Assembly (NCBI GenBank): GCA_038087875.1
Contig: CM075991.1
Span: 5,642,001 to 5,706,000 of the forward strand
Length of the DNA: 64,000 nucleotides
Direction of reading: 5' to 3'
Source: Malacoraja senta
Taxonomy: Eukaryota
A program made the translations under genes and the position numbers. Numbering within the stretch: position 1 is the stretch's first letter; every line of letters starts with the position of its first letter. Under the pieces are notes generated by a model. That model saw nothing but the letters and a program-made list of their open reading frames with translations. It had not been told where the DNA came from and ran no database searches. Below are positions 36,790-50,000 of the stretch, one piece after another.

Positions 36790-37823
36790 GTATAGGGTGG
36801 CATTCAAATGTTCGCTACCCACCAAGTCCCCAATTTGATATCGAATCAACAACTGGAAAAAATGAGTCAAGATATGCAATATGACTGTCACGTAAGATCG
36901 TTGTCTATAGCGAGCAAAATGGATCGGATATACCAAGATGCTCAGGGAACATATATTTTTGGGGTCGTTCTCCATGTCCCACGCCAGCTGAAGAATAAGA
37001 CGTTTATCCTATACCAGTTGCATATTATTGGGCAGTATAAACAAGGAGCTTCGATAACAATGCACTATGCTCTTGAAAATAATGTGATAATTGATAAAGT
37101 ATCAAGGGGCATCATAATGTACCGATGTCATCAAACAAGGAATAATGAGTAGGATGGAGTTTGGTTCATCATTTACTCATTATAATAACGGTAAGCTTTC
37201 GATTGATGTAAAACCTAATGCTTCTTTTGCTAGTGTTGCCCATAAATGGGAAAATATGAGGTCGCTGCCTCTGCTAAGTGGCATTGAACGAGTGGTCGGA
37301 AATGTACTCTACGTTGGCATAATATTGTAAACCGGAGTTTTACGAGACAGATCACTATACGAGACAAGAAATTAATGGTACCGTGGGTGGGAAAATCGAT
37401 AACAGTAAGCTTCATTGTCGTACGGAATGACTCGGACGAGACATTAAGAAGATTTATCGCAAACAAATTTCAACCAATACCACACCTCCATGCTGATTGG
37501 AAGTTACTGACTAAGGAGGGTGAAATGGTTATACATGACTGGGATGAGAGCACTAAGCCTATTCGGATGCATGGCAGAGAAGCAGAGGACATATTGGAGA
37601 AAATGGACTTGGTGGGAAAGAGCCTGGAACTGGGGACTGAATACTAACGTGCATCCTTTGATTAGTTGTTGTACATAATCATTCATAGTGATTACTTTGT
37701 TCTTATTTTTGGTTTCACAGGATAAGTTGAAAACCCTGATGTTAGTTAGGCAGGTGGGAAGAGGGGATAACAGACAACAATTAGTTTCAGTAGGTGTATT
37801 AGTGGGTGCTGTTTAATATGGAT
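36790..37823 (+). pseudogene. env: Second copy of the ERV env 3' half, inverted relative to 29160-30190
   Basis: ORFs 36808-37152, 37145-37330 and 37375-37647 match the minus-strand copy. Confidence 0.6.
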
Positions 37824-40800
37824 TATACTTCGCAGTCACGTGAGTGACTACGTGAAGAACCCGCCAGCCCGCAGGCGCGTATTACGTCTAACGCATGGCG
37901 CAGCGACTAAGTTTAAAGACCTCCAGGTAAGTTCTCGAACTTAGCTTGCGGTTGTTTATCTTCGTTCTTATTACAGGTTAAGAACGAACAACTATGGACA
38001 AGGCGGGGGTGAAGTCCAGACGGGCCGCGAGAAAAACTGCTACGGAAGACCGCGGCAGTGCGATTAGCGGGCGGCCGTCGGTTTCACCATCACGGTCACT
38101 GACAGCACAGCCAGCGATTTCGGACGCGGTGCCCGTAGAAAGCACCTTGGCTACCCAGAGAGTTGGCAAGTCAAAAAATAGTCCGACAGACCGGTTGACT
38201 CGCACGAGCCCAGTCGGGAGGGTTCGCCTCCTTCAGCAGGGAACGTCCTCGGACATCTTTCCCGTATGGAGCATCTAATGGAGGAGATGCTCCAATATGA
38301 TATACTCTTTGGACGGGATTCATGTCAGCGCGGGTCTCTAGCGCCCGCGGCTGCGCCTGGTGCAGGGCTGCATTGTATCTCCCTATCTAAGGAAGGGAGT
38401 GTAGGTCATCAGTCCTGGGTTGGCTCACACTACAGTGGTATGTCGAGGGAACGCTACAAGACACAAGATCTGCGTGAAGCAGAGATACCCACTATGGTGT
38501 CGACATTTGCATTGCCGGCGCAAATCGACGAGCCACTGGACGAATAACTAGCGGCCTGCATCAATTACCTGGCTTCTCACCAGCTACGGGAAGAGGTAAT
38601 GATGGAGACGGCCACGAAATACCACACACCCAGCAACCGCGCTTCGCTAAGAGTTCTGGCCGTAAATAGCTCCATTTGTAGTTACATGGGTGGAGGCATA
38701 AAGATTCAGGAGGTTAAACTCCAAAGGATCCTGAGCCTTCTGGCATCCGGGGTCAAGGCCTTCGCCAGGTCAATGGACGGGAGCTCCCTGTCTGAGGTTC
38801 AACCGGACGCATTGGCACTGATGTGCAATGCACATTTTCAGATAAATTGCTTTTGCAAGAATGCCATTCGTCCTGTCCTCAATCCCAAGTTTGCTGGTTT
38901 ATGCAGGTCGAGCAATGTGCAGCCGGCCAATTATTTATTTGGGGAAGACCTGTCCAAACAAGTCAAGGACCTGTAATCTACCAGCAACAGATGGTCTACA
39001 GGAGCCAGTACCAGCTCAAGGACCGAAAGAACCAGCCAAAGGTCTTTTATAGGACAAGGTTCAGGCCGGCCGACATCGATGATGCGCAGTTGGCGCACTC
39101 CAGTACCCTTACCCCTCAAACATCGAGGGCGGATATAAACATCGCAGATCCATCAATATCCATGGAGGTAGGTGGGTCTGGTTCTCTATGGAACATGCGG
39201 TGTGTGGGTCAATCACAAGTTGGTGGGAGATTACGTTTCTTTTTGAATGAATGGCGTTCGATAACATCGGATATGTTCATACTGCACAGTATAGATGATT
39301 TCCAAATTGAATTTTCTGATTCACTTCCACCCACACAGCATACTCCAAACCGTACTTTGGTCCTTCACAACAAGACGGTTTGGATGTACAAATTGAAATT
39401 CAATCATTATATCCAAAAGTGTAATTGAGAAGTCGAATCATGAATCTCACCAATTTGTGTCCAATATATTTACAAAACAAAAGAAAGATGGGGGATGCCG
39501 AGTCATCCTGGACTTGACCCGACTCAGCACCTTTGTGCAGTACAGACATTATAAAATGGAAAATGTTGTTACTGCCAAACAATTGATTTCCAAAGGACGT
39601 TATATGGCATGCATCGATCTTAAAGATGCATACTATTCGGTGCCTATTCATAAGGATCACCGGAAATACTTAAAATTCAACTGGATGGGGCAGCTTCGGC
39701 AGTTTAAAGCATTGCCTAATAGGTTAACTTCAGCTCCCAGATTATTCACGAAATTATTAAAACCAGTTCTTGCTTTTTTAAGAGCTCAAAAACACATAGT
39801 AATGGCGTACTTGGACGATATCCTTATTATAGGCAAGACTCTGGAATTGTTTTTTTCAGCGGTCTGAGCCACCAAGCTCTTATTTGAGCGATTGGGATTT
39901 CTCATCCATCCAGTTAAATCCAAGTTGACACCATCCAAAGTTATGGAATATTTGGGATTCACTATTAACTCTGTTCATATGTCTGCAACTCTGCCTTGAA
40001 GCAAGATATTGGAGTTAATAGAGTGCTGTAATTACCTCTTAACGAAGCAGCAGCCTTCCATCCGACAAGTGGCCAGTTTAATTGGAAAATTAAATAATTG
40101 TATAAGGGGTAAGAGTGTTGTAAAAACAAGCCTGAAGGCGTTGTGTCTCAATGCAAGGAGTATTTGTAATAAGGTGGATGATTTGAATGTGCTGATAGAT
40201 ATTAATGACTATGATATAGTTGGGATCACGGAGACATGGCTCCAGGGTAACCAAGGCTGGGAGCTGAACATCCAGGGATATTCAATATTCAGGAGGGATA
40301 GACAGATAGGAAAAGGAGGTGGGGTAGCATTGATGGTTAGAGAGCAGATTTACGCAATAGAAAGGAAGAACATTAGCTTGGAGGATGTGGAATCGATATG
40401 GGTAGAGCTGCGAAACACTAAGGGGCAGAAAATGCTAGTGGGAGTTGTGTACAGGCCACCTAACGGTAGTAGTGGAGTTGGGGATGGCATCAAACAGGAA
40501 ATTAGAAATGCGTGCAACAAAGGTAAAACAGTTATAACGGGTGACTTAAATCTACATATAGATTGGGTGAATCAAATTGGCAAGGGTGATGAGAAAGAGG
40601 ATTTCTTGGAATGTATGCGGGATAGTTTTCTAATCCAACATGTAGTGGAACCAACGAGAGAGCAGGCTATTCTAGATTGGGTATTGAGTAATGAGGAAGG
40701 GTTAGTTAGCAGTCTTGTTGTGCGTGGCCCCTTGGGCAAGAGTGACCACAATATGGTTGAGTTCTTCATTAGGATGGAGAGTGATATTGTTAATACAGAA

Positions 40801-43765
40801 ACAAGGGTCCTGAACTTAAAGAAAGGTAACTCTGAGTGTATGAGAAGTGAGTTGGCCAAGATAGACTGGCAATTGATTCTTAATGGGTTGACGGTAGATA
40901 TGCAATGAAAGGCATTTAAAGACCGTATGGATGACCTAAACAATTGTTCATCCCAGTTTGGCAAAAAAATAAATCTGGGAAGGTAGTGCATCCATGGATA
41001 ACAAGGGAAATCAGGGATAGTTTCAAAACAAAAGATGAAGCGTACAAATTAGCCAGAAAAAGCAGCCTTCCTGAGGACGGGGAGAAATTCAGAGTCCAGC
41101 AGAGGAGGAGAAATGGCTTAGTTAGGAAAGGGAAAATAGGTTATGAAAGAAAACTGGCAGGGAACATAAAAACTGACTGCAAAAGCGTTTATAGATATGT
41201 GAAGAGAAAAAGATTAGTTATAACAAATGTAGGTCCCTTGCAGTTAGAAACAGGTGAATTGATCATGGGGAACAAGGACATGGCAGACCAATTGAATAAC
41301 TACTTTGGTTCTGTCTTCACTAAGGAAGACATAAATAATCTGCCGGAAATAGCAGGTGACCGGTGGTCAAATGAGATGGAGGAACTGAGTGAAATCCAGG
41401 TTAGCCAAGAAGTGGTGTTAGGGAAATTGAATGGATTAAAGGCCGATAAATCCCCAGGGCCGGATAGGCTGCATCCCAGAGTAGTTAAGGAAGTAGCCCC
41501 AGAAATAGTGGATGCATTAGTGATAATTTTTCAAAACTCTTTAGATTCTGGAGTAGTTCCTGAGGATTGGAGGGTAGTTAATGTAACCCCACTTTTTTAA
41601 AAGGGAGAGAGAAAACGGGGAATTACAGACCAGTTAGTCTAACGTCGGTAGTGGGGAAACTGCTAGAATCAGTTATTAAAGATTGGGTAGCAGCACATTT
41701 GGAAAGTGGTGAAATCATTGGACAAAGTCAGCATGGATATATGAAAGGTAAATCATGTCTGACGAACCTTATAGAATTTTTCGAGGATGTAACTAGTAGA
41801 AAGGATAAGGGAGATCCAGTGGATGTGATATATCTGGACTTTCAGAAGGCTTTCCACAAGGTCCCACATAAGAGATTAGTATACAAAGTTAAAGCACACG
41901 GTATTGGGGGTTCAGTATTGATGTGGGTAGAGACTTGGCTGGCAGACAGGAAGCAAAGAGTAGGAGTAAACGGGTCCTTTTCACAATGGCAGGCAGTGAC
42001 TAGTAGGGTACCGCAAGGCTCCGTGCTGGGACGCCAGCTATTTACGATATATATTAATGATTTGGACGAGGGAATTGAATGCAACATCTCCAAGTTTGCG
42101 TATGACACGAAGCTGGGGGGCAGTGTTAGCTGTGAGAAGGATGCTCGGAGGCTGCAAGGTGACTTGGATAGGCTTGGTGAGTGGGCAAATGCATGGCAGA
42201 TGCAGTATAATGTGGATAAATGTGAGGTTATCCACTTTGGTGGCAAAAACTGGAAAGTAGACTATTATCTGAATGGTGGCCGATTAGGAAACGGGGAGAT
42301 GCAACGAGACCTAGGTGTCATGGTACACAAGTCATTAAAAGTAGGCATGCAGGTGCAGCAGGCAGTGAAGAAGGCGAATGGTATGTTAGCATTCATAGCA
42401 AAAGGATTTGAGTATAGGAGCAGGGAGGTTCTACTGCAGTTGCACAGGGTCTTGTTGAGACCACATCTGGAATATTGCGTACAGTTTTGGTCTCCTAATC
42501 TGAGGAAAGATATTCTTGACATAGAGAGAGTACAGAGAAGGTTCACCAGACTAATTCCTGGGATGTCAGGACTTTCATATGAAGAAAGACTGGATAGACT
42601 CGGTTTGTACTCGCTAGAATTTAGAAGATTAAGGGGCGATCTTATAGAAACGTACAACATTTTTAAGGGGTTGGACAGGCTAGATGCAGGAAGATTGTTC
42701 CCGATGTTGGGGAAGTCCAGAACAAGGGGTCACAGTTTAAGGATAAGGGGGAAATCTTTTAGAACCGAGATGAGGAAAACATTTTTCACACAGAGAGTGG
42801 TGAATCTCTGGAATTCTCTGCCACAGAAGATAGTTGAGGCCAGTTCATTCGCTATATTTAAGAGGGAGTACGGTGTGGCCCTTGTGGCTAAAGGGACCAG
42901 GGGGTATGGAGAGAAAGCAGGTACAGGATACTGAGTTGGATGATCAGCCATGATCATATCGAATGGCGGTGCAGGCTCGAAGGGCCGAATGGCCTACTCC
43001 TGCACATATTTTCTATGTTTCTATGTTTCTAAATTAGTGGCTGCTTTCCCAGCTGTACAATTTGGACCTTTGTATTATCAACAATTACAATGAGAAATGG
43101 TGCAGGCACTCAAACATCATTTAGGTCACTTTGACAGGCCCATGCAATTGACGGCTGAAGCCATTTCTGAATTACAGTGGTAGAAGTCCAATATTCAGCA
43201 TTGCTCTAGCAATATTTCGGTTGATAGTCGACCAGTTATTTTACAAACGGATGCCAGTGCTCTGGGATGGGGCGCTACTGACACCATCTCTAGCTGCGGT
43301 GGCAGATGGAACATGCATGAGCTATCATTATTTCAGTTACATGGTGTTAATTATTTGGAGTTACTGGCAGCTCTCTGTGGATTGAGGGCTTATTGCGGGT
43401 ATATGCACATCTGCATGTTCGATTACAGATTGATAACACCACAGCGGTGGCATACATAAATCACATGGGTGGAATCAAGTCAGTATCCTGTGATAAATTG
43501 GCTAACCGCATTTGGCACTGGTGCATTGCAAGATATATTTGGGTTTCAGCTACCCACCTGCCAGGTAGGTTTAATACGGTGGCGGACAGTAGGTCATGCA
43601 AATTCAATGACAACACCGAATGGATGTTGAATCATAGGGTGTTTAAGGATATTATTTCTAAATATGGAACACAGGATATAACTTTGTTTGCATCCAGGCT
43701 AAATCATCCGTTACTGAAGTATGTTGCATGGGAACCAGACCCAGGGGCTGTAGCGGTAGATGCAA
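37824..43765 (+). mobile_element. DIRS-type retrotransposon (gag-like, RT, RNase H, start of methyltransferase-like region), split by CR1 and 3'-truncated
   Basis: KKDGGCRVILDL, IDLKDAYYSVPI, YLDDILI, QTDAS.LGWGA, QIDNTTAVAYINHMGG, HLPGRFNTVAD and WEPDPGAVAVDA motifs. Terminal hairpin AGTCAC-gtga-GTGACT. Tyrosine recombinase not seen. Confidence 0.85.
40093..43030 (+). mobile_element. CR1 (HER1-like) LINE with nearly complete ORF2, inserted in the DIRS RT/RNase H
   Basis: TSD AAATTA (40087-40092, 43031-43036); removing the insert restores LIGKLVAAFP. Endonuclease and RT ORFs are broken by a stop and frameshifts; (TATGTTTC)n tail. Confidence 0.92.
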
Positions 43766-44095
43766 TCCAAACCACTTTTGTCTCATCTGCAAACTTTCTA
43801 ATCTTGCCATGTACATTCTCATACTGTAATGTATATACATGCGAAACAGAAATGGGCCAAGCATAGCACTCTGAGGCACACCACGGGCCTCCAGTCCGAG
43901 AAACAACCTTCCACTATTACCCTCTGTTTCCTTCCATGAAGCCAATTGTCTATACATCCGGTTATTTTTCCTTGAATCCCATGCGATCTAACCTTCCAAA
44001 GCAGCTTATCATGTGGAACTTTATCAAATGTTTTGCTGAAGTCCAAATACACTGTATACAACATCTGCAGCTCTGCCCTCGTCAACATTTTTGGT
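43765..44095 (-). mobile_element. Old CR1 RT fragment at the left edge of unit C
   Basis: YLDFSKTFDKVPH motif. Confidence 0.75.
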
Positions 44096-44875
44096 CGCAT
44101 CTTAAAATATGAATATTTCCTATCCTGTGTAACCTATCCCTCAGAATGCTCTCTAGTAACTTTGCAACTGCAGATGTTAAGTTCACTGGCATGTAGTTCC
44201 CAGAATTTTCCATCTTTCCTTTCTTGAGAGCTAAACTCCCCACGTGATTTCTTTTAACAGCCGCTCCGTATTCCTCACAAGTGATTCCAATATCTGCTTG
44301 GATGTGTTGATATCATTGGAAGTCAGGAAATGCATCCATTGGTTAATTAGCATCGTCAGTGACTGTTGATCCTACGAATAATAACTTCCGAGTGGCAAGA
44401 TGGTGGCGTGAATCATTCCTTTCAAGGAAGACGTATGTCGAACGTTACTTCCCAAACTAAGATCCTTATTGCTTGATTTGACTAAATCACACTGTGCAAC
44501 TAATGTTATTAATGTTACATATTTGAAGTTCATTGTTCAGGTTAGAAATAATATTGTTCGCAGGAATAATTACATTTAAGAAACCTTTAACCTTGTGTCA
44601 TAGAAATAGAGTTTTCAACATTCCCTTTTATAAAATGTGACAAAAACATTAAAATTAACAGTTCGTGTAATCCCTCGAAGACAGAAATTCCTTGCGCAAT
44701 GGAAAAAAACAGTTACGGTTGATGTTTGTTAAGTGGGCTGAGGGTGATGTGCCAGAGGTCACGCTAATTGTCTCAGAGTAATGTCCTCTTTTGTATAAAT
44801 CTGTGCTAAATCAATCACCACTACAGATGGACAGTTGGAAAGTTATGTGTGATTGTTCGCTGCTTCACATGGAAG

Positions 44876-46835
44876 ATGGAATATCCAGCAATTTACTGCA
44901 TAGCCGCCACTTTCTACCCTGTACTTGTGGCGGTCAGTATTCCTGGTAAGATACTGGGACCAGTACGTTTAGTTTTGTACAGAAAAACTGCGCGGAAAGA
45001 GGCCCTTCGATCAACCGAGTCCGCGCCAACCAGCAATCCCCGCACACTGACGGCACACGCTACGGACAATTTTCAATTGTACCAACCCAATCAGCCTACA
45101 AACCTGTGCATCTTTGGAGTGTGGGCGGATACCGGAGATCCCGGAGAAAACCCAATAAGATCGCGGGGAGAATGTACAAACTCCGTGCAGGATCAAACCC
45201 GGGTGGTTGGCGCTGTCAGGCAGCACATTTAATGCTGCGCACCGTGCCGTACTGCGTGCAGTTCTCCTTCCTTTCTGTATCTGCTGCTCTGAAGAATAGT
45301 CGCTTTGATACCCAGCCCACATGCTACCTCAGCTGACGAGTGTCTTCGGAAGGTTCAGGCTTCAGAGTCTGTTTTATTTCTGGCATTTTTTTCTTGTTAA
45401 TGTGTGGTTCTTTTGTCAATCAGGTCAGTTAATTTAGAGCTTATGTTTACATTTTTTCAGCATGTAACCGTATTCATATTGTTTCTGGCGCATATTCTTC
45501 AAGCTCTGGGTCTGATTAATACAGACTTTTCCACCAAGAGTCAGCGAATGAGACATGTATACATGTCTGTCAACATGCCTGTTGAATTATCACAACTAGC
45601 TGAAAAACCTTCCGGGTTTTCGTTCTCTGATTCATTTGCCAGTTTTGATTTTAGGGCTGTGTTTCCACTTGCTAGGTCTGATATGCCTGAGGAGGCAGTT
45701 CTCCCTGAGTTTAATGCTCTGTGATACGAGTTCATTTCGATTGACGCAACGACTCGAAATGACTGAGGTGATCAGTGCATCGTAGACATTAGGAGGCCGG
45801 CTGTAAATTGCTGCAAATTACCGACACATCTGCCCCTTCGATCAGCACCGCTCTAAGTATTTCTCCGAACGGAAATTTAGTAAACTGGATCAGGTTTTTG
45901 CTCATTGAAACTAACGTTTTATTTTGTTTCTTGCAGTTAATTTAACGGCGATTGTGATCCTCTCCCGGGGAAAATATGGTCTCTCCAAATGCATCACCCG
46001 TTACCAAGTGGGAATGGCAACAGCGGATCTAATGGTAGTTGTCATTGTTGCTGCCATTGAACAAGTTAATAACATATACGTTTACGCTAGTTCCTTGCTC
46101 ATTACACCGGTTTGCGCTCTGACACTAATACTAAGGGTTGTAACAATCGACTGTTCCATTTGGTTCACCGTCAGTTTCACTTGCGATCGTTTTATGGCGA
46201 TCTGTTGTCAAAAGCCACGTGAGCGCTACAGCACCGAGAGAGCAGCGTGTGTGATTATGGTGACTGTGGCTGTCGTCAGCTGCGCCCGATCGTTTCCCTT
46301 TTACTTTGCCGTGGAGCCTTCTGTCATAATTGACAATGTGCCTTGGCGTTGCGTCTTCTCAGAGGAGTACGCCACTTTGTCGGTATGGAAAGGTTATGAT
46401 TTACTTGACAGCATCTTAGCACCGTTGTTACTTATCGGTTTAATCCTGTTGTTCAATGGGTTAACTTCCAGACATATCATAGCGGCCAATAGAGTTCGCA
46501 GACGACTTCGGAACAGCCATGAGAACCAGAAGGATACAGAGGTGGAGAACCGGAGGAAATCGATGATTTTGTTCTTCGCTGTAGCAGGCAATTTCATATT
46601 ATTTTCGATACCCAATGTGGTTCATTCTCTGACATGGTAAACACGTAATTTCTTTTACACGGATAGATATTTGAGCAGCTCGGTATATATCCTGCAGCAG
46701 TTTGGATTTATGTTGCAGATTGTCAGTATGTGCACAAACACGTGTATCTATACACTAACACAGAGGAAATTCAGGGACCAGCTGAAGAGTGGAGTGAAAT
46801 ATCTACTCACATTGAATGGCCAATTATGCAGTTGA
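44876..46835 (+). pseudogene. GPR139/GPR142-like GPCR, copy 3; exon 1 44876-44945, exon 2 45937-46835; premature stop
   Basis: CAA>TAA at 46638-46640 removes ECL3, TM7 and helix 8. Also L>Q in TM2 and P>L in TM5. Splice sites are intact. Confidence 0.9.
44968..45250 (-). mobile_element. V-SINE in intron of copy 3
   Basis: Paralog of 828-1105. Confidence 0.75.
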
Positions 46836-47056
46836 CGTGTAACTCTGATAGCAACTTGGATGAAATTTCAAATAAATATATTTTACAATTCGTACCTTCG
46901 GTAAAATACCATAAAGTCAATGCAGGCGTGCGCTTGACAACCGAGAATCGGTATACTCACGTCACGATATTGGTCACGTTTGGAAAGTGTGGACACATTC
47001 TACGTGTTGCAGTTGTGATGTTGCATTGGTGGAATTATATTCCAAACCACTGGATC

Positions 47057-50000
47057 TTTCTTAAATATTTTATTTTATTAGAAGTAAGTACAGTCATATG
47101 GCACCAAAGTGCCTAATATATATTTGCATAATACATTTTATGTACATCTTCTTATTTTTTAAAATTATAATAAAGAAGAACAAGAAAAAGAAATTAGATA
47201 ATATAGAATAGAAAAACGTGAGATATATAGTGTCTGAAAAAGAATAAAATGAAAATGCAAGAAGAAAGTTGAAGAAAAGAGATTAGGAAAAAGAGAGTAA
47301 AAAATACAAATAAAAAAGAAATAAGGAGATCATTATTTATAATCTTGACCATCCCTCACCCAGTCCTGAAACAGTTCGTTTCTACAATTATGTTGCACCA
47401 TATGATTCCAAAAAGACGACAAATGGAGACCAACTCATTAAGAATTGGTCTGATTTTTCTATTAGGAGGAATCGCATTTCTTCAAGATGTGCGGTGTCCA
47501 ACATGCTTGCGATCCACATTTTAAGCATTGGTATTGGTGTATATTTCCAAAATTTAAGTATTCGTTATTTTGCTATTATTAAACCATAATTAAAAAAATA
47601 AATGTTGAGATAAGTTCAATTTATTCCCATCTTCCATTACTCCAAATATAATCATTTCAGTATTAGGTTCCATTCTTATTGTGAATAATTTTGCAAATAT
47701 ATCAAAAAATCACTCCAAAATCTATAAAGTTTTATGCAGGAAACAAAAGCGTATGTTATAGTTGCGTTTTGAGATAGACATTTATCACAAATGGGGGATA
47801 TATTTGGATGGAATTTGTTCAAACTTGTTTTTGAATAATATAATCTATGTAAAATTTTAAATTGAATTAGATTATGTCTTGCATTAATCGAACATTTGTG
47901 TATATATATCAAATACTTATCCCATGTAACCTTCGTAATTTTTATCATTAATTCCCGTTCCCACTCTTCTCTAAGTACCTTTGTCGATGGTAAATCTATA
48001 TTTAAAATACTATTATATAAATATGATATTAATTTTTGTGAGTCAGCTTTAATATTCATTGCTTCTTCCAATAAGTCAGAAGTTACTTTTTGATATCCTT
48101 GTATGTATTTCTTCATGAAATCGCAAATCTGAAGATATTTAAAATATTGGTTATTTTTCAATTAAAATTTTAATTGTAATTGTTGGAATGATAATAGATT
48201 TCCCATTTCATACATATCCCCGGTCCTTTTAATTCCTAAACTTTCCCATTGGTTATATATTTTATCAATAAGAGATGGTTTAAATAAAGTGTTTTTCGCT
48301 ATAGGCGTTAACAATTATAAATTTCTTAATTTTAAGGATAATTTTATGTGTTTCCAAATTCTTATTGTATCGTGTATAATTGGGTTCTTCTTATATATTG
48401 TGTTGTTCAGTTTTTTCGGAGAGAAGAGGATCGTTCCTATATTACAAGGAAAACAATCCTCTTTCGCTATTGTTATCCATTCTGTCTGTTGGGTAGAACT
48501 GTCCAACCAATAAATTATATTCTTAATATGCGCTGCCCAATAATAATACAAAAAATTCGGGAGTGAGTATCCCCCGACATCTTTTGGTTTACATAAATGT
48601 TTGTTTTAAATTCTATGTGATCTATAATCCCAAATAAAATTGGTAATATTAGAGTCAAATTTTTTAAAGAAGTATTTTGGTATATATAATGGTATAGACT
48701 GAAATAGGTATAATAATTGTGGTAGAAAGATCATTTTTATAGCATTTATTCTACCTATTAATGATAAAGAAAGTGTTTTCCAAAATTTAATCAACATATT
48801 GAGTTTATTAGTAAAGGTATAAAATTAGCGTTGAATATTGCTTTATATTTTCTCGTAATTTGAATACCCAAATATTTATTTTTTTCTGTTGCAATTTTAA
48901 AGGGGAACTTCAGTAAAATTCCTCTATTAAATTTAATAAATTTGGTATGCTCGTTTGTGACTTTGTAACATATAAAAGTATATCATCTGCATATAATGAA
49001 ATTTTATTATTTGAGTCCCTAGTGTTGTAGCCATGAATATTCGGATGAATTCTTATACTTTCAGCCAAAGGCTCTATCATAAGGGCAAATAGCAGGGGTG
49101 ATAACGCACATCCCTGCGTACTGCCCATTGATAATTGAAAATTTTAAGATAACATATTATTAGTTAATATTCTTGCCATCGGGTTATCATATAATAGTTT
49201 TAACCGTGTAATAAAATTCTCTCCCATATTAATTTTTTGCAGTACTTTATATGAGTACTTCCACTCTACCTGATCAAATGCTGTCTCTGCCACCAGAGAA
49301 ATAATTGATATATCTTCTTCCTCCCTTTTATGCGAGTACATTATGTTAAACAGGCGTCTCAAATTATTAAATAAGTATCTTTTCTGTATTAACCCCGTTT
49401 GATCAGGATTTATCAGTTTACTAATATATTTGCCTAATCTTCTTGCTAAAGTCTTCTCTAAAATTTTCTGGTCTGTATTTAAAAGTGATATAGCTCTTTA
49501 TGAGCCCGGATCGTCTAAATCTTTATCTTTTTTGGAATAAGCGTAATAGTTGATTCTACTAATGTTTCAGGTAGTTTATTTTCTTTAAAAGCATGAGTAT
49601 ATAAATGAAATAAATAAGGAGTCGTTATCTCATGAATTTTTTAAATAAAATTCATTACTAAAACCACCTGGTCCCAATCTTTTACCATTTTTCAGCGATT
49701 TTATTGTTTCACCTATTTATTCAATTGCAATTTGAGCTCCAAGTTCCTCTTGTTCCAAAAGGACAAGTTTTGGAAGATTACAGTTATGAAAAAAAAATTG
49801 TTTTACTATCTTCTATTTTAGATTTAGATGCATATACATTTTTGATAAAATTGAGCAAATCTATTGATAATATCTTTAGGTAGTATTAATAATTCACCTT
49901 TCTATGATTTAATTTTAGTTATAGTATTTTCCTTTTCTTGTTTTTTCAATTGACGAGCTAAAAGCTTATGTGGTTTGTCACCAAACTCAAAATGTTCCTG

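Noticed and set aside
40009..40908. In-frame DIRS RT-CR1 endonuclease fusion
   Set aside because: Chance frame match at an insertion junction; both elements carry stops nearby.
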